In this document: positions 8,507 through 18,875 of the stretch, piece by piece
Numbering within the stretch: the first letter of the stretch is position 1
How the letters are laid out: each line of letters starts with the position of its first letter
Assembly (NCBI GenBank): GCA_944391015.1
Contig: CALXRZ010000001.1
Coordinates: 1 to 63,959, forward strand
DNA length: 63,959 bases
Reading direction: 5' to 3'
From: an uncultured Clostridia bacterium
GTDB lineage: Bacteria; Bacillota; Clostridia; TANB77; CAG-508
Position numbers and translations under genes: made by a program
Notes under the pieces: model-generated
The model's input: the letters and a program-made list of their open reading frames with translations, nothing else
Told to the model about the DNA's origin: nothing
Databases searched by the model: none

Positions 8507-10093
8507 CTACACGTTAAATATACTTCCTCCAATAAACTCACGTAATAGTGAATTTTTTGGTATATACTCATCACCTATGTCATCAAAATATTTTAGAAGC
8601 TCATATAAACTTTTTGCTTCTGAATATTCTGGATGAGTATTATCTATTGCCTTTAATAGTGGCATAGCATATTTTTTTAAAACTGATATTTCATATATTA
8701 GTGATGTATTAAACATACTATCTGCTTGCTCTTGAAATGGGAATATGTTATTTTCTTCGCCTCTATTTACCATATCCCAGTTTTGCAAAGTATGCAATGC
8801 TTCATAGCCTCTAAAATTGTAATCTCTAACTAATCTACGAATTAACCTTGTATCAGTTGTAGAAATTCTATTGTAATAGTCTATGTTAAGCACAGTTAGT
8901 GCACTAATGTATATTTTGTATTTTTGCTCAAGTGGAATTGCTGAAGTTAGCTTATCATTTAAACAGTGAATTCCTTCTATAACAAGCACTTCATTATTTC
9001 TCATTTTTATTTTTTCTCCTGTAAATGATTTTGTGCCTGTCTTAAAATCAAATATTGGAAGTTGTACTTCTTCCCCTCTTAATAACTTTGATAAGTGATC
9101 ATTAAATAACTTTAAATCTATAGCATCAAGCCTTTCAAAATCGTAGTTTCCGTTTTCGTCCCTAGGAGTGTCCTTTCTTTCAACAAAATAATTATCTACC
9201 GAAATTGTAATTGGTTTAATTCCATTTAACTTAAGCTGTATGCCAAGCCTTTGTGCAAATGTGGTCTTTCCAGAAGAAGATGGTCCTGCAATAAGTATAA
9301 GCTTTACTCCTTTTTTTCTTACGATTTTGTCTGCTATATCAGATATTTTTTTCTCGTGTAATGCTTCTGCAAGAAGAATAAGCTCTTTTTCTTTTCCTTC
9401 CTCTATTTTTTTATTCAATTTATATATTGTATTTATATCTAATACTCTATGAATATCTTCATATTCCTCCAAAGTGTGCAATAGCTTTTTGGTCTCTATA
9501 TATTTGTCAATTCTATCTGGCATTTTTTTGTCAGGATAACGAAGCAAGAAGCCGTCGTGATATTTTATAACATCAAAAAGCTTAATATAGCCCGTACTTA
9601 TAGGCATTACTCCATAAAAATAATTATAATAGTTTTCACAAAAATATAATGAAACCTCGTCTTTATATTTATTGTCTAATTGCAATCTCCCCCTTAGAGT
9701 CTTTTCTTTTTGATAAAATTTTTCTGCCTCTTCTTTGCTCATTTCAATTTTTTTAATTGGCAAATTACTATCCACAATCTGTTGCATTTCTTTCTTTATG
9801 TTGTCTACTAGCTCCGTTGTAACTTTCATATTATCAACACTGCAAAAAATAGAATTTGATAGCTGGCAATTAACTGTTAATAGTGCTTTAGGATAAACTC
9901 TATTAAATGCCATACCCATCACATAAAGTATTCCTCTTTGATAAACTCTTCTACCATCTCTTGTTGTAATATCTATTGGTAAAACTGCATTTGTATCTTC
10001 TATTTCGCTATCTAAAGATACTATTTCATTTTTGTACTTGCACGCAAGTATGTTTTTGTCTTTATCATCTTTAAAAAACTCTGTCGCTTTCAA
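8507..10093 (-). CDS. uridine kinase / phosphoribulokinase-family nucleoside kinase with N-terminal TGS-like domain
   Basis: P-loop LILIAGPSSSGKTTFAQRL lies within a 528-aa protein; the N-terminal ~200 aa are an extra domain. Confidence 0.65.
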   Translation of the reverse strand: MKATEFFKDDKDKNILACKYKNEIVSLDSEIEDTNAVLPIDITTRDGRRVYQRGILYVMGMAFNRVYPKALLTVNCQLSNSIFCSVDNMKVTTELVDNIKKEMQQIVDSNLPIKKIEMSKEEAEKFYQKEKTLRGRLQLDNKYKDEVSLYFCENYYNYFYGVMPISTGYIKLFDVIKYHDGFLLRYPDKKMPDRIDKYIETKKLLHTLEEYEDIHRVLDINTIYKLNKKIEEGKEKELILLAEALHEKKISDIADKIVRKKGVKLILIAGPSSSGKTTFAQRLGIQLKLNGIKPITISVDNYFVERKDTPRDENGNYDFERLDAIDLKLFNDHLSKLLRGEEVQLPIFDFKTGTKSFTGEKIKMRNNEVLVIEGIHCLNDKLTSAIPLEQKYKIYISALTVLNIDYYNRISTTDTRLIRRLVRDYNFRGYEALHTLQNWDMVNRGEENNIFPFQEQADSMFNTSLIYEISVLKKYAMPLLKAIDNTHPEYSEAKSLYELLKYFDDIGDEYIPKNSLLREFIGGSIFNV

Positions 10094-10108
10094 TAAGATT
10101 CCTCCTTT

Positions 10109-12721
10109 TTATGCCATTTTTTCTTTTATCTTCACTAAGGTGTTTAATGCATCTATTGGTGTTAGTTCGTTTACATCTACTTTATCTAATTCGTGTGCTA
10201 TTTCTGCTAGTTTGTAGTTGAACATTGTAAGTTGTCCATCTGCTACACCTTTTTCCTGTTTTTCTATTTTTTTATTGTTTAATACATTTTTTCTTTCTAT
10301 TGATTTTAGTATTTCGTTTGCTCTTTTGGTAACTGTTTGTGGAACTCCTGCAAGTTTTGCTACGTGAACTCCATAACTTTCGTCTGTTCCACCTTTTACT
10401 ATTTTTCTTAAGAAGATGATGTCTTCTCCTTTTTCTTTTACTGCTATTGAGTAGTTTTTTACTCCCTCTAGCTTGTTCTCTAGGTCTGTTAGTTCGTGGT
10501 AGTGTGTTGCAAATAGTGTTTTTGCACCACATTTTTCCTTATCTGATATGTATTCTGCTACTGCCCACGCTATTGATAGTCCGTCATAAGTTGAGGTTCC
10601 TCTTCCTATTTCATCAAGTATTACTAGGCTATTTGCTGTTGCTTCTTTAAGTATTTGTGCTACTTCCATCATTTCTACCATAAATGTACTTTGTCCCATA
10701 CTTAGGTCGTCCGATGCTCCGACTCTAGTAAATATTTTGTCTACTACTCCTATTCTAGCATAAGAAGCTGGTACAAAGCTTCCTATTTGCGCCATTAGCG
10801 TTATTAGTGCAACCTGCCTCATATATGTAGATTTTCCTGCCATATTTGGTCCTGTTATAATAGCAAGTCTATTCTCGCTTTCATCCAAATATGTATCATT
10901 TTGAACAAAACTTCCACTTGGTAAGATTTTTTCTATTACTGGGTGGCGTCCATCTTTTATGTCTAATACTCCACTTTCATCTACTTCTGGTCTTACATAA
11001 TTTTGGTCTTCTGCAACAGTTGCAAGTGAACATAAGCAGTCCAATGTAGCTATTATTCCAGCTGATTTTTGAACTCTTTCTATTTGTGCTTCTATTTTAT
11101 CCCTTACTTCTACAAATACGTTGTATTCTAAGTTTACTACCTTTTCCTCTGCACCTAGAATTTGATTTTCTAAGTTCTTTAGCTCTTCAGTTATATATCT
11201 TTCTCCACCTGTTAGAGTTTGTTTTCTTATATATCTATCTGGAACTAACGATATATTAGATTTTGTAACTTCTATGTAGTATCCAAATACTTTGTTGAAG
11301 CCTACTTTTAGGCCTTTTATTCCTGTTTTTTCTCTTTCTTCTGCTTCTAGGTTTATAATCCAATTTTTTCCATCTGTTGTTGCAGTTTTTAACTTGTCAA
11401 TTTCTTCATCATATCCTAGTTTTATAAGCCCACCCTCTTTTACACTAATTGGTGGCTCATCAACTATTGTCTTATCTATTATATCATACACGTCATCTAG
11501 TGTGTCAAGCTCCGAATATAATTCCGTAAGTAAGCTAGATTTTGCTTGAGACAGTATTTTCTTTATTTCTGGTAATTGCTTTGCTGAGCTTTTTAATGAT
11601 ATTAAATCTCTTCCATTTGCACTACCATAAGATATTTTTCCTGCCAATCTTTCTATGTCATACACTTTTTTTAGATTGTCCAAAATATCTCCTCTGAGAA
11701 TAATATTATCTTTTAATTCTGCAACTGCATCCAGTCTTTTATTTATTTTAGATACATCTATAAGTGGGTTATTTAGCCATCTTCTAAGTAATCTTCCTCC
11801 CATTGCTGTTGAGGTTTTGTCCAAAACCCAAAGTAGTGTTCCTTTTTTTGCCTTATCTCTCAATTTTTCTGTGATTTCGAGGTTTCTTCTTGCATTTATA
11901 TCTAATGACATATATTTGGTAACACTATATAATATAATTTTATTTATATGGTCTAAATTATTTTTTTGCGTATCCAACAAATAAGTAAACAAAGCATTTG
12001 TGGCTGCTACTGATAACATATATTTTGATAAATCTTCTACTGGCTTTTCTTCGTCGTCTACAATTTTGTATTTAACTGACAAAGCCTCGTAATTGTCTGT
12101 AAATTCTTTTTCTTCAAGTCTGGTTATATATACATCAAATCTTTCTTTAATTTTTGCTATTTCTTCGCTACAGTCATACATCATAGGGTTTACTACAAGT
12201 TCAGCTGGAGAATACTTAGAAATTTCGTCCAATAGAGCTGAAAAATTATTAGTTTCTTTTATTTCTGTTGTACGTAAGTCTCCTGTTGTAACATCGCAGG
12301 CTGTTAAGCCATAGTATATACCATTTTTATATACACTCATTATATAATTGTTTTTCTTGTCTTCTAGTAAATTAGCTTCTATTACAGTTCCTGGCGTTAC
12401 AACCCTTATTACATCTCTTTTTACCATACCTTTAGCAAGCTTCGGATCTTCTAGTTGCTCACAAATTGCAACCTTATGCCCATTTGCTATAAGTTTTGCT
12501 ATGTATGAATCTGCTGCGTGATAAGGAATACCACACATTGGAGCTCTTTCTTCTTGTCCACACTCTTTCCCTGTAAGTGTAAGTTCTAGTTCTTTAGAAA
12601 CATTTATTGCATCATCAAAAAACATTTCATAAAAGTCGCCTAATCTATAAAATAAAATACAGTCTTTGTATTTTTCTTTCATATCCAAATAATGTTGCAT
12701 CATTGGTGAGTATTCTGCCAT
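10109..12721 (-). CDS. mutS: DNA mismatch repair protein MutS
   Basis: N-terminus MMQHYLDMKEKYKDCILFYRLGDFYEMFFDDA, Walker A GPNMAGKSTYMRQ, and motifs DEIGRGTSTYDG and THYHEL. Confidence 0.97.
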   Translation of the reverse strand: MAEYSPMMQHYLDMKEKYKDCILFYRLGDFYEMFFDDAINVSKELELTLTGKECGQEERAPMCGIPYHAADSYIAKLIANGHKVAICEQLEDPKLAKGMVKRDVIRVVTPGTVIEANLLEDKKNNYIMSVYKNGIYYGLTACDVTTGDLRTTEIKETNNFSALLDEISKYSPAELVVNPMMYDCSEEIAKIKERFDVYITRLEEKEFTDNYEALSVKYKIVDDEEKPVEDLSKYMLSVAATNALFTYLLDTQKNNLDHINKIILYSVTKYMSLDINARRNLEITEKLRDKAKKGTLLWVLDKTSTAMGGRLLRRWLNNPLIDVSKINKRLDAVAELKDNIILRGDILDNLKKVYDIERLAGKISYGSANGRDLISLKSSAKQLPEIKKILSQAKSSLLTELYSELDTLDDVYDIIDKTIVDEPPISVKEGGLIKLGYDEEIDKLKTATTDGKNWIINLEAEEREKTGIKGLKVGFNKVFGYYIEVTKSNISLVPDRYIRKQTLTGGERYITEELKNLENQILGAEEKVVNLEYNVFVEVRDKIEAQIERVQKSAGIIATLDCLCSLATVAEDQNYVRPEVDESGVLDIKDGRHPVIEKILPSGSFVQNDTYLDESENRLAIITGPNMAGKSTYMRQVALITLMAQIGSFVPASYARIGVVDKIFTRVGASDDLSMGQSTFMVEMMEVAQILKEATANSLVILDEIGRGTSTYDGLSIAWAVAEYISDKEKCGAKTLFATHYHELTDLENKLEGVKNYSIAVKEKGEDIIFLRKIVKGGTDESYGVHVAKLAGVPQTVTKRANEILKSIERKNVLNNKKIEKQEKGVADGQLTMFNYKLAEIAHELDKVDVNELTPIDALNTLVKIKEKMA

Positions 12722-12736
12722 ATTTATTCCTTCTTT

Positions 12737-13591
12737 CTATTTTTGCTTATCATCACTTATTTCTTGTTCCTTTTCATACTTTTCAACAAATAGCCTATTA
12801 CGTCTTAGTGTACTTACACTTACTCCTATTGCATCTGCTTTATCCTTTTCTGTACCTTGAATATTGTTTGCTAGTTCTATATTTTTCTTTGCCCTCTCAT
12901 ACTGCATTTTCCTTTTATCCATACCACTTTCCACTAAAATTGGTCCCTCATCGCTATATTCATCGACCACTGCTTGCATAAGCAAATTTTCAAATTCTGT
13001 AAAAGGTTTGCGCTTCATTTTCCTGTATGAATATTCTTTACATATATCATATAGCTTTTCATAACCCTCTTCATTTTTTAGTTTTTCTATTTCTCTTCCT
13101 ATTGTTCTTGCTGGTATGCCGTATTCCTCTGCTATTTGACTTTGTGACATATTATTTTTTATCATTTCTACTATTAAAGCTTTAAAATTTATATACGAAT
13201 AATCTGGATGCAATGTTGCTTGATAAGCTATGTATTTACGTGCCAAAACAAGATGCTCTGGTTTGCTTAAAAATTGAAATAGCTTTTCTCTTAAAGTGTC
13301 TTCATCTACTTTCATTCTAGTTGCTATAGCTCTAAGGTTGTCTTTTTTGTCACATAAATCTATGCATATACTTTTTAATGTTTCATCTGGTATAGATATA
13401 GCTGTGCTATTTGCTTTATTATTTCTTATCGCTTGCTCAAAAGATGCTAATTTTTCTGGGTTCGTTTTAAAATATTCCATACACTTATCTTTCAAGCTTT
13501 CTCTATCTATTTGATACTTTTTTCCAGCTTCTCTTAAACTCATACCACTTATTATTTCATCTATAATTTTTTCTATATTTATTGATTCCAT
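12737..13591 (-). CDS. hypothetical protein with three helix-turn-helix-like repeats
   Basis: 284 aa with repeated segments MSLREAGKKYQIDRESL, MSQSQIAEEYGIPARTIGREI and ADAIGVSVSTLRRNR. It sits between miaB and mutS. Confidence 0.6.
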   Translation of the reverse strand: MESINIEKIIDEIISGMSLREAGKKYQIDRESLKDKCMEYFKTNPEKLASFEQAIRNNKANSTAISIPDETLKSICIDLCDKKDNLRAIATRMKVDEDTLREKLFQFLSKPEHLVLARKYIAYQATLHPDYSYINFKALIVEMIKNNMSQSQIAEEYGIPARTIGREIEKLKNEEGYEKLYDICKEYSYRKMKRKPFTEFENLLMQAVVDEYSDEGPILVESGMDKRKMQYERAKKNIELANNIQGTEKDKADAIGVSVSTLRRNRLFVEKYEKEQEISDDKQK

Positions 13592-13697
13592 TTACATATT
13601 CCTTTCTTTAATTTTAACTCTGGGCAATGTACTCTAGTTTTAGATTTAACTGAGCTATGCTACTCTATCCATCAGTTTCATATTCAATAGGTACTTT

Positions 13698-15134
13698 TTA
13701 CTTCGTTTCTAATACTTCGCCTTTTAAGTACCACAAATGTTCAGAAACAATTTTAACAGGTACAACTTTTCCTATTAAACTATCATTTCCCTCAAAGATT
13801 ATAACCTTGTTAGAATCTGTTCTGCCAGTTAAAAAGTTGCTATTTGTTTTACTATATCCCTCTACTAACAAGTTATGTACAGTTCCTATATATGCTTTAT
13901 TATTTTCCTCGATTTGCTCTTCATATAAAGCTTTTAGCCTATCGAACCTTTTATGCTTAATTTCTTCTGGAATTTGATTTTCCATTTTGTCTGCTGGTGT
14001 GCCAACTCTTCTCGAATAAATAAACATAAATATTTGCTCAAATTTAACCTGTTTTACTACATCTAATGTGTCTTCAAAATCCTCTTCCGTCTCTCCTGGA
14101 AAGCCCACAATTATATCTGTAGAAAATTTAACATTTGGTATTTTTTCTTGCATCTTTTTTACTAAATTTAAGTATTGCTCCTTTGTATATACTCTATTCA
14201 TTGCTTTTAAGACTTTTGTACTTCCTGATTGTAATGGTAGATGTATAAACTTTGACACTTTTTCACAATCACGTATTGCTTCTATTACATCATCTGTAAA
14301 GTCCTTTGGGTGTGGAGAAACAAATCTTATTTTTTCTATTCCGTCTATATTGTTTACTGCTCGTAGAAGCTTTGCAAATGAATCTATTTTTATGTTATTA
14401 ACTTCGTTACTTTCTTGCATTGAGGCTTTAGCTTTTTCTCTTTCTACTCTCATATATGAATTAACATTTTGTCCAAGTAGCGTAATTTCTTTGTAACCCA
14501 TTTGTGCCAAACCTTTTATTTCATTTATTATATCCTCTGGTGCTCTACTTCTTTCTCTTCCTCGTACATAAGGAACTATACAATAAGTACAAAAATTATT
14601 GCATCCATTCATTATGGTAACAGATGCGCGTATGTTATCTTCCCTTTTTATTGGAAGACCTTCAATTATTTCTCCGTCTATGTCTATAATATCTGTTATT
14701 CTTTTATTTTCCATTATTGCGTTGTATAAATCTTTAGGAAATTTGTGTAAAGTGTGAGTGCCAAATATAACATCATATTTGTAGCTTTTTTTAATTTTAT
14801 CTACAATATGTTGTTCTTGCATCATACAACCACCTATTGCAATAATTGTGCCTTTTGCCTCTTTTTGCTTTTTTATTTCTCCAAGCTTTCCAAATAGCTT
14901 TTCCTCGGCGTTTTCTCTTACACAACAAGTATTGTATATAACTAGGTCTGCATCAGCAATGTTTTCTGTTTTTGTATAGCCCATTTTTTCTGCCATACCA
15001 CAAATTTTTTCAGAATCGTTTTCATTTAGCTGGCATCCCATTGTAAATACATTATATTTTAAATTTTTTCCCTCATTTATTTTTTTTACTTTTTCTATAT
15101 ATTCTAATTCTTCATTTATGTCTGTTTTAGTCAT
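13698..15134 (-). CDS. miaB: tRNA (i6A37) methylthiotransferase MiaB
   Basis: UPF0004 N-domain (FTMGCQLNENDSE), radical-SAM CNNFCTYCIVPYVRGRERS, and a C-terminal TRAM domain. Confidence 0.95.
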   Translation of the reverse strand: MTKTDINEELEYIEKVKKINEGKNLKYNVFTMGCQLNENDSEKICGMAEKMGYTKTENIADADLVIYNTCCVRENAEEKLFGKLGEIKKQKEAKGTIIAIGGCMMQEQHIVDKIKKSYKYDVIFGTHTLHKFPKDLYNAIMENKRITDIIDIDGEIIEGLPIKREDNIRASVTIMNGCNNFCTYCIVPYVRGRERSRAPEDIINEIKGLAQMGYKEITLLGQNVNSYMRVEREKAKASMQESNEVNNIKIDSFAKLLRAVNNIDGIEKIRFVSPHPKDFTDDVIEAIRDCEKVSKFIHLPLQSGSTKVLKAMNRVYTKEQYLNLVKKMQEKIPNVKFSTDIIVGFPGETEEDFEDTLDVVKQVKFEQIFMFIYSRRVGTPADKMENQIPEEIKHKRFDRLKALYEEQIEENNKAYIGTVHNLLVEGYSKTNSNFLTGRTDSNKVIIFEGNDSLIGKVVPVKIVSEHLWYLKGEVLETK

Positions 15135-15253
15135 TTTTGCTCCTATCTTTTAGTATTGTTATTACTACGGTATATTTATACCAGTTTATCAACTATTTTT
15201 TAATATTATAAGTTATCTGTTACTCTGTCTTCAATTTATATATTTTACACGAA

Positions 15254-15278
15254 AAAAGCACTTTTTTCAAGTGCTTTT
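15254..15278 (-). terminator. hairpin terminator downstream of sleB
   Basis: Stem AAAAGCACTT (15254-15263) / AAGTGCTTTT (15269-15278) with a 5-nt loop. A T-run follows on the minus strand. Confidence 0.65.
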
Positions 15279-15297
15279 TATACGGTTTCGTACGGTT

Positions 15298-16011
15298 TTA
15301 TTTGCAAAACCTATGCTTACCAATTGTTACAGTCATTGGTCTGGACCAAATCCATTTATTAGTTGCTGTACTTGGATTAAAATAATAAATTGCTCCATTT
15401 GTTGGGTCCCATCCGTTCAAAGCATCTTGTGCTGCTTTCTTTGCAGTTTCGTTTGGTGTTAAGTTTATTTGTCCATCAGCTACAACATCAAATGCTCCAC
15501 TTTGATATATTACACCTGCAATTGTGTTTGGAAAAGAACTACTTTTTACTCTATTTAAAACAACTGCAGCTACTGCTACTTGCCCTGTATACGGCTCTCC
15601 TCTTGCCTCTCCATACACCAGTCTACTTAGCAAATTCAAGTCATTAGAGTTAGTTGACGAACTAGAATTATTGCTAGAGCCACTAGAGCTATTACCTGAT
15701 GAATTGTATATTCCCATTGCCTGCAAAGTTTTAGTTCCCGCAATGCCGTCCACAGTTAATCCGTTCTTTCTTTGAAAATATTTTACTGCTTCTTGCGTTT
15801 GGCTTCCATATATTCCATCAACATTTCCTTTATAATATCCCCATCTTTTTAGCTTAGTTTGTATAGTGCGCACCTCTTCTCCTCTTGAACCATATTTTGA
15901 TAAAGCCAAAAGTTCATTGTTTCTAAAAAAGACATTGTATGATATGAAGATTGTACCCACAAGCAAAATAACTAATATAGCTTTTAAATTTCTTTTAATT
16001 TTTATTGCCAT
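15298..16011 (-). CDS. sleB: spore cortex-lytic enzyme SleB
   Basis: PG-binding domain (GSRGEEVRTIQTKLKRWGYYKGNVDGIYG) plus hydrolase_2 domain (ARGEPYTGQVAVAAVVLNRV...GWDPTNGAIYYFNP). ATG 16011 lies 6 nt after GGAGG; the ORF track starts at GTG 16029. Confidence 0.9.
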   Translation of the reverse strand: MAIKIKRNLKAILVILLVGTIFISYNVFFRNNELLALSKYGSRGEEVRTIQTKLKRWGYYKGNVDGIYGSQTQEAVKYFQRKNGLTVDGIAGTKTLQAMGIYNSSGNSSSGSSNNSSSSTNSNDLNLLSRLVYGEARGEPYTGQVAVAAVVLNRVKSSSFPNTIAGVIYQSGAFDVVADGQINLTPNETAKKAAQDALNGWDPTNGAIYYFNPSTATNKWIWSRPMTVTIGKHRFCK

Positions 16012-16091
16012 TAAAACCTCCTCAAACACTTATGTAAAGTAATTTGCAAAGTAGGCCCGTCCCCATTTGTAAATTGATTTACATAATTCAT

Positions 16092-16135
16092 AAAAACTGG
16101 ATAAAATAACTTTTAAAATTATTCTATCCAGTTTT
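16092..16135 (-). terminator. rho-independent terminator downstream of fhs
   Basis: About 14-bp imperfect stem (ACTGGATAAAATAA / TTATTCTATCCAGT), followed by TTTTT on the minus strand. Confidence 0.6.
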
Positions 16136-16234
16136 GGTTTTATTATACAATTTTTTATTTTGTGTTTTTTTATTTCGTAATTTTTCAAGTACGTTTTTTG
16201 GTACACTATTTAGTACATTTTTAGTAATTGATTA

Positions 16235-17896
16235 TTAAAAAATTCCGACTATATTTCCATCTTCATCTATGTCTATTTTTTCTGCTGCTGGGACTCGTGG
16301 AAGTCCTGGCATTGTCATTATTTTTCCTGTTATTACTACTATGAATTCAGCTCCTGCTTTTAATATTATGTCTTGAACATTTATTTTAAATGGTTCTAAA
16401 CATTCTAAGTTTTTTGGATCATCAGATAACGAATATTGGGTTTTTGCTATACATATAGGTAATTTTTCAAAGCCAAGCTCTTCTATTTGCTTTATTTTTT
16501 CTTCTGCCTCCGTAGAATAGTTTACTCCAGTTGCACCATATATTTTAGTTGCAATATCATTTATTTTATTTTTTATACTTTCGTCCAAATTGTAGATATA
16601 ATTTAAGTTACTATCTTTTTGTGTTAATTCTACAATTTTATTTGCTAAGTCTACGGCTCCTTCTCCACCTTTTTCCCAGCTTTCGACTAAGCTTAGGTCT
16701 ATACCATACTCATTTAGTTTGTTTTTTAAATATTCTATTTCTTTTTCAGTATCATATGTATATTTATTTATGGCTACTATTACATTTAATCCAAATTTGT
16801 TTTTTAGGTTGTCTATATGTTTTAATAAGTTTTGTATTCCCTTTTCTAATGCTTCTATGTTTTCGTTTTGTATTTCCTCTTTTTGCATTCCTCCGTGATA
16901 TTTAAGTGCTTTTATTGTAGCTACACATACCACTGCATCTGGCTTTATTTCTGCTTTTCTGCATTTTATGTCTAAAAACTTTTCTGCTCCTAAATCTGCA
17001 CCAAACCCTGCTTCTGTAACTACATAATCACCAAGCTTTAATGCTAGTTTTGTTGCTATGATGCTATTGCAACCGTGTGCAATATTGGCAAATGGTCCAC
17101 CGTGTACTATTGCTGGTGTATGTTCTAGCGTTTGTACTAAGTTTGGATTTATTGCATCTTTTAATAATACTGTTAATGCTCCATCTGCTTTTAAGTCTTT
17201 TACTGTTATTGGCTTATTTTCTTTATTATAACCAACTATTATGTTGCCTATTCTTCTCTTTAAATCTTTTATGTCTGTTGCTAAGCAGAATATTGCCATT
17301 ATTTCTGATGCAACAGATATATCAAATCCATCCTCTCTTGGAACAATATTTTTTTCACCAGATAAACCTGTTTCTACTTTTCTTAATTGTCTATCATTTA
17401 AGTCTACACATCTTTTCCAAGTAACTCTGTCAAAACCAAGTTCATTTCCAAAATATATATGGTTATCTATCATAGCTGAAAGTAAGTTGTTTGCAGAAGT
17501 TATTGCGTGTATATCACCTGTAAAATGTAAGTTTATATCTTCCATTGGTGCTATTTGAGAATGTCCTCCACCAGTTGCTCCTCCTTTTATTCCAAATACT
17601 GGACCTAAAGAAGGCTCTCTTAGTGCTAATACTGACTTTTTACCTATTTTTTGAAGTCCATCTGCAAGGCCTATTGCCATTGTAGTTTTTCCTTCACCTA
17701 AAGGCGTTGGGTTTATTGCTGTAACTAATATTAACTTTCCATTTGGTTTATTTTGCAATCTCTCTTTTATTTTTAAATTTATTTTTGCTTTATATTTACC
17801 ATACTGCTCTAATTCTTCTTCATTTATACCTAATTTATTAGCAATTTCATCAATTTTTTCTAATTTAGTATTTCTAGCAATCTCTACATCTTCCAC
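16235..17896 (-). CDS. fhs: formate--tetrahydrofolate ligase
   Basis: 553 aa with motifs TAINPTPLGEGKTT, EPSLGPVFGIKGGATGGG and VHGGPFANIAHGCNS. Confidence 0.97.
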   Translation of the reverse strand: MEDVEIARNTKLEKIDEIANKLGINEEELEQYGKYKAKINLKIKERLQNKPNGKLILVTAINPTPLGEGKTTMAIGLADGLQKIGKKSVLALREPSLGPVFGIKGGATGGGHSQIAPMEDINLHFTGDIHAITSANNLLSAMIDNHIYFGNELGFDRVTWKRCVDLNDRQLRKVETGLSGEKNIVPREDGFDISVASEIMAIFCLATDIKDLKRRIGNIIVGYNKENKPITVKDLKADGALTVLLKDAINPNLVQTLEHTPAIVHGGPFANIAHGCNSIIATKLALKLGDYVVTEAGFGADLGAEKFLDIKCRKAEIKPDAVVCVATIKALKYHGGMQKEEIQNENIEALEKGIQNLLKHIDNLKNKFGLNVIVAINKYTYDTEKEIEYLKNKLNEYGIDLSLVESWEKGGEGAVDLANKIVELTQKDSNLNYIYNLDESIKNKINDIATKIYGATGVNYSTEAEEKIKQIEELGFEKLPICIAKTQYSLSDDPKNLECLEPFKINVQDIILKAGAEFIVVITGKIMTMPGLPRVPAAEKIDIDEDGNIVGIF

Positions 17897-17939
17897 TTAA
17901 ATCACTTTCCTTTCTTAAAACTTATTCTTATTATCTTAT

Positions 17940-18090
17940 GAGAAGCAGTAGGCATTTTTTATTTATGTTGTAGTCCTCAAGGTGGGGACCGACAAGTTAC
18001 AAACTGTTAAACGAAGTGATAACGTAGTTTATACAGTTTGTTCGATGTTGGGGGGGCGAAAACATAAATAAAAAATGCCTACTGCTTCTC
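17940..18090. repeat. 151-bp palindromic element: perfect 30-bp arms around a 91-nt G-rich core
   Basis: GAGAAGCAGTAGGCATTTTTTATTTATGTT (17940-17969) is the exact reverse complement of 18061-18090. The core holds AAGGTGGGGACCGACAAG, an inner hairpin ACAAACTGTTAAAC/GTTTATACAGTTTGT, and GTTGGGGGGGCGAA. Related to 41111-41202. Confidence 0.8.
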
Positions 18091-18111
18091 TTTTAATTAT
18101 GAAAGTTATAC

Positions 18112-18549
18112 TTACCCAAATATCATACCAACAATAAAGCCAATTAAAGCTCCTACAAAAACTTGTATTGGCGTATGACCTAGTACCTCTTGCAATTTTT
18201 CTGTTACTTCTACATTTGTTAAACCTGGAGTTTGCACTATTTTATTTAGTAATTTTGCTTGTTTTCCTGCTGCTCTTCTTACTCCTGCTGCGTCATACAT
18301 TACTACAAAAGCAAATATTACAGCTATACCAAATATTGCTGAATTTATTCCATATTCTTTTCCTACCATAGTGCAAAGTGCTACAACGACAGCAGAATGA
18401 GAGCTTGGCATTCCACCAGCTCCAAGTATTCGTTTAAAATTAAATTTTTTTGTTGTTACTAAATCATATATTAGTTTAAAAAGTTGTATAAAAAACCAAG
18501 TTCCAAATGTAACTATTAAATATCTATATTCGTGTATTATCCCCATCAT
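18112..18549 (-). CDS. divergent PAP2-family (DUF212) membrane protein
   Basis: GGMPSSHSAVVVAL...YDAAGVRRAAG...LGHTPIQVFVGALIG. Confidence 0.8.
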   Translation of the reverse strand: MMGIIHEYRYLIVTFGTWFFIQLFKLIYDLVTTKKFNFKRILGAGGMPSSHSAVVVALCTMVGKEYGINSAIFGIAVIFAFVVMYDAAGVRRAAGKQAKLLNKIVQTPGLTNVEVTEKLQEVLGHTPIQVFVGALIGFIVGMIFG

Positions 18550-18554
18550 ATCTT

Positions 18555-18797
18555 TTATTCCTCATTTTGTACAAAATTTTCTTCTGCTAATTCTCCATTG
18601 TCTCCTTTGATTAGCATAGTTATTTTTTTCTCAGCTTTTTCTAGCATCTCACTACACTCTTTTGATATTTTCATTCCCTCTTCAAATTTAGATACTGACG
18701 AATCTAAATCTAAATTTCCTTTTTCTAATTCTACTGCTATTTCTTCTAGCTTTTTCATTTTTTCTTCAAAGCTTTCTGTTTCTTGCATTTTTTTCAA
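18555..18797 (-). CDS. xseB: exodeoxyribonuclease VII small subunit
   Basis: 80 aa; FEEKMKKLEEIAVELEKGNLDLDSSVSKFEEGMKISKEC. It lies immediately downstream region-wise of xseA. Confidence 0.9.
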   Translation of the reverse strand: MKKMQETESFEEKMKKLEEIAVELEKGNLDLDSSVSKFEEGMKISKECSEMLEKAEKKITMLIKGDNGELAEENFVQNEE

Positions 18798-18875
18798 TCC
18801 TTTCTATTATTTTTATTCCTTATTGTTATGAATTTGATGTTTAACTTTTCCACGTGCACAACAATTAAAAATTTA

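Noticed and set aside
17970-18060. tRNA-like or riboswitch identity for the hairpin core (contains GTTCGAT)
   Set aside because: No cloverleaf can be drawn. It resembles no riboswitch consensus I recognise (ZTP/THF were considered because of the fhs context). Perfect 30-bp arms are atypical for riboswitches.
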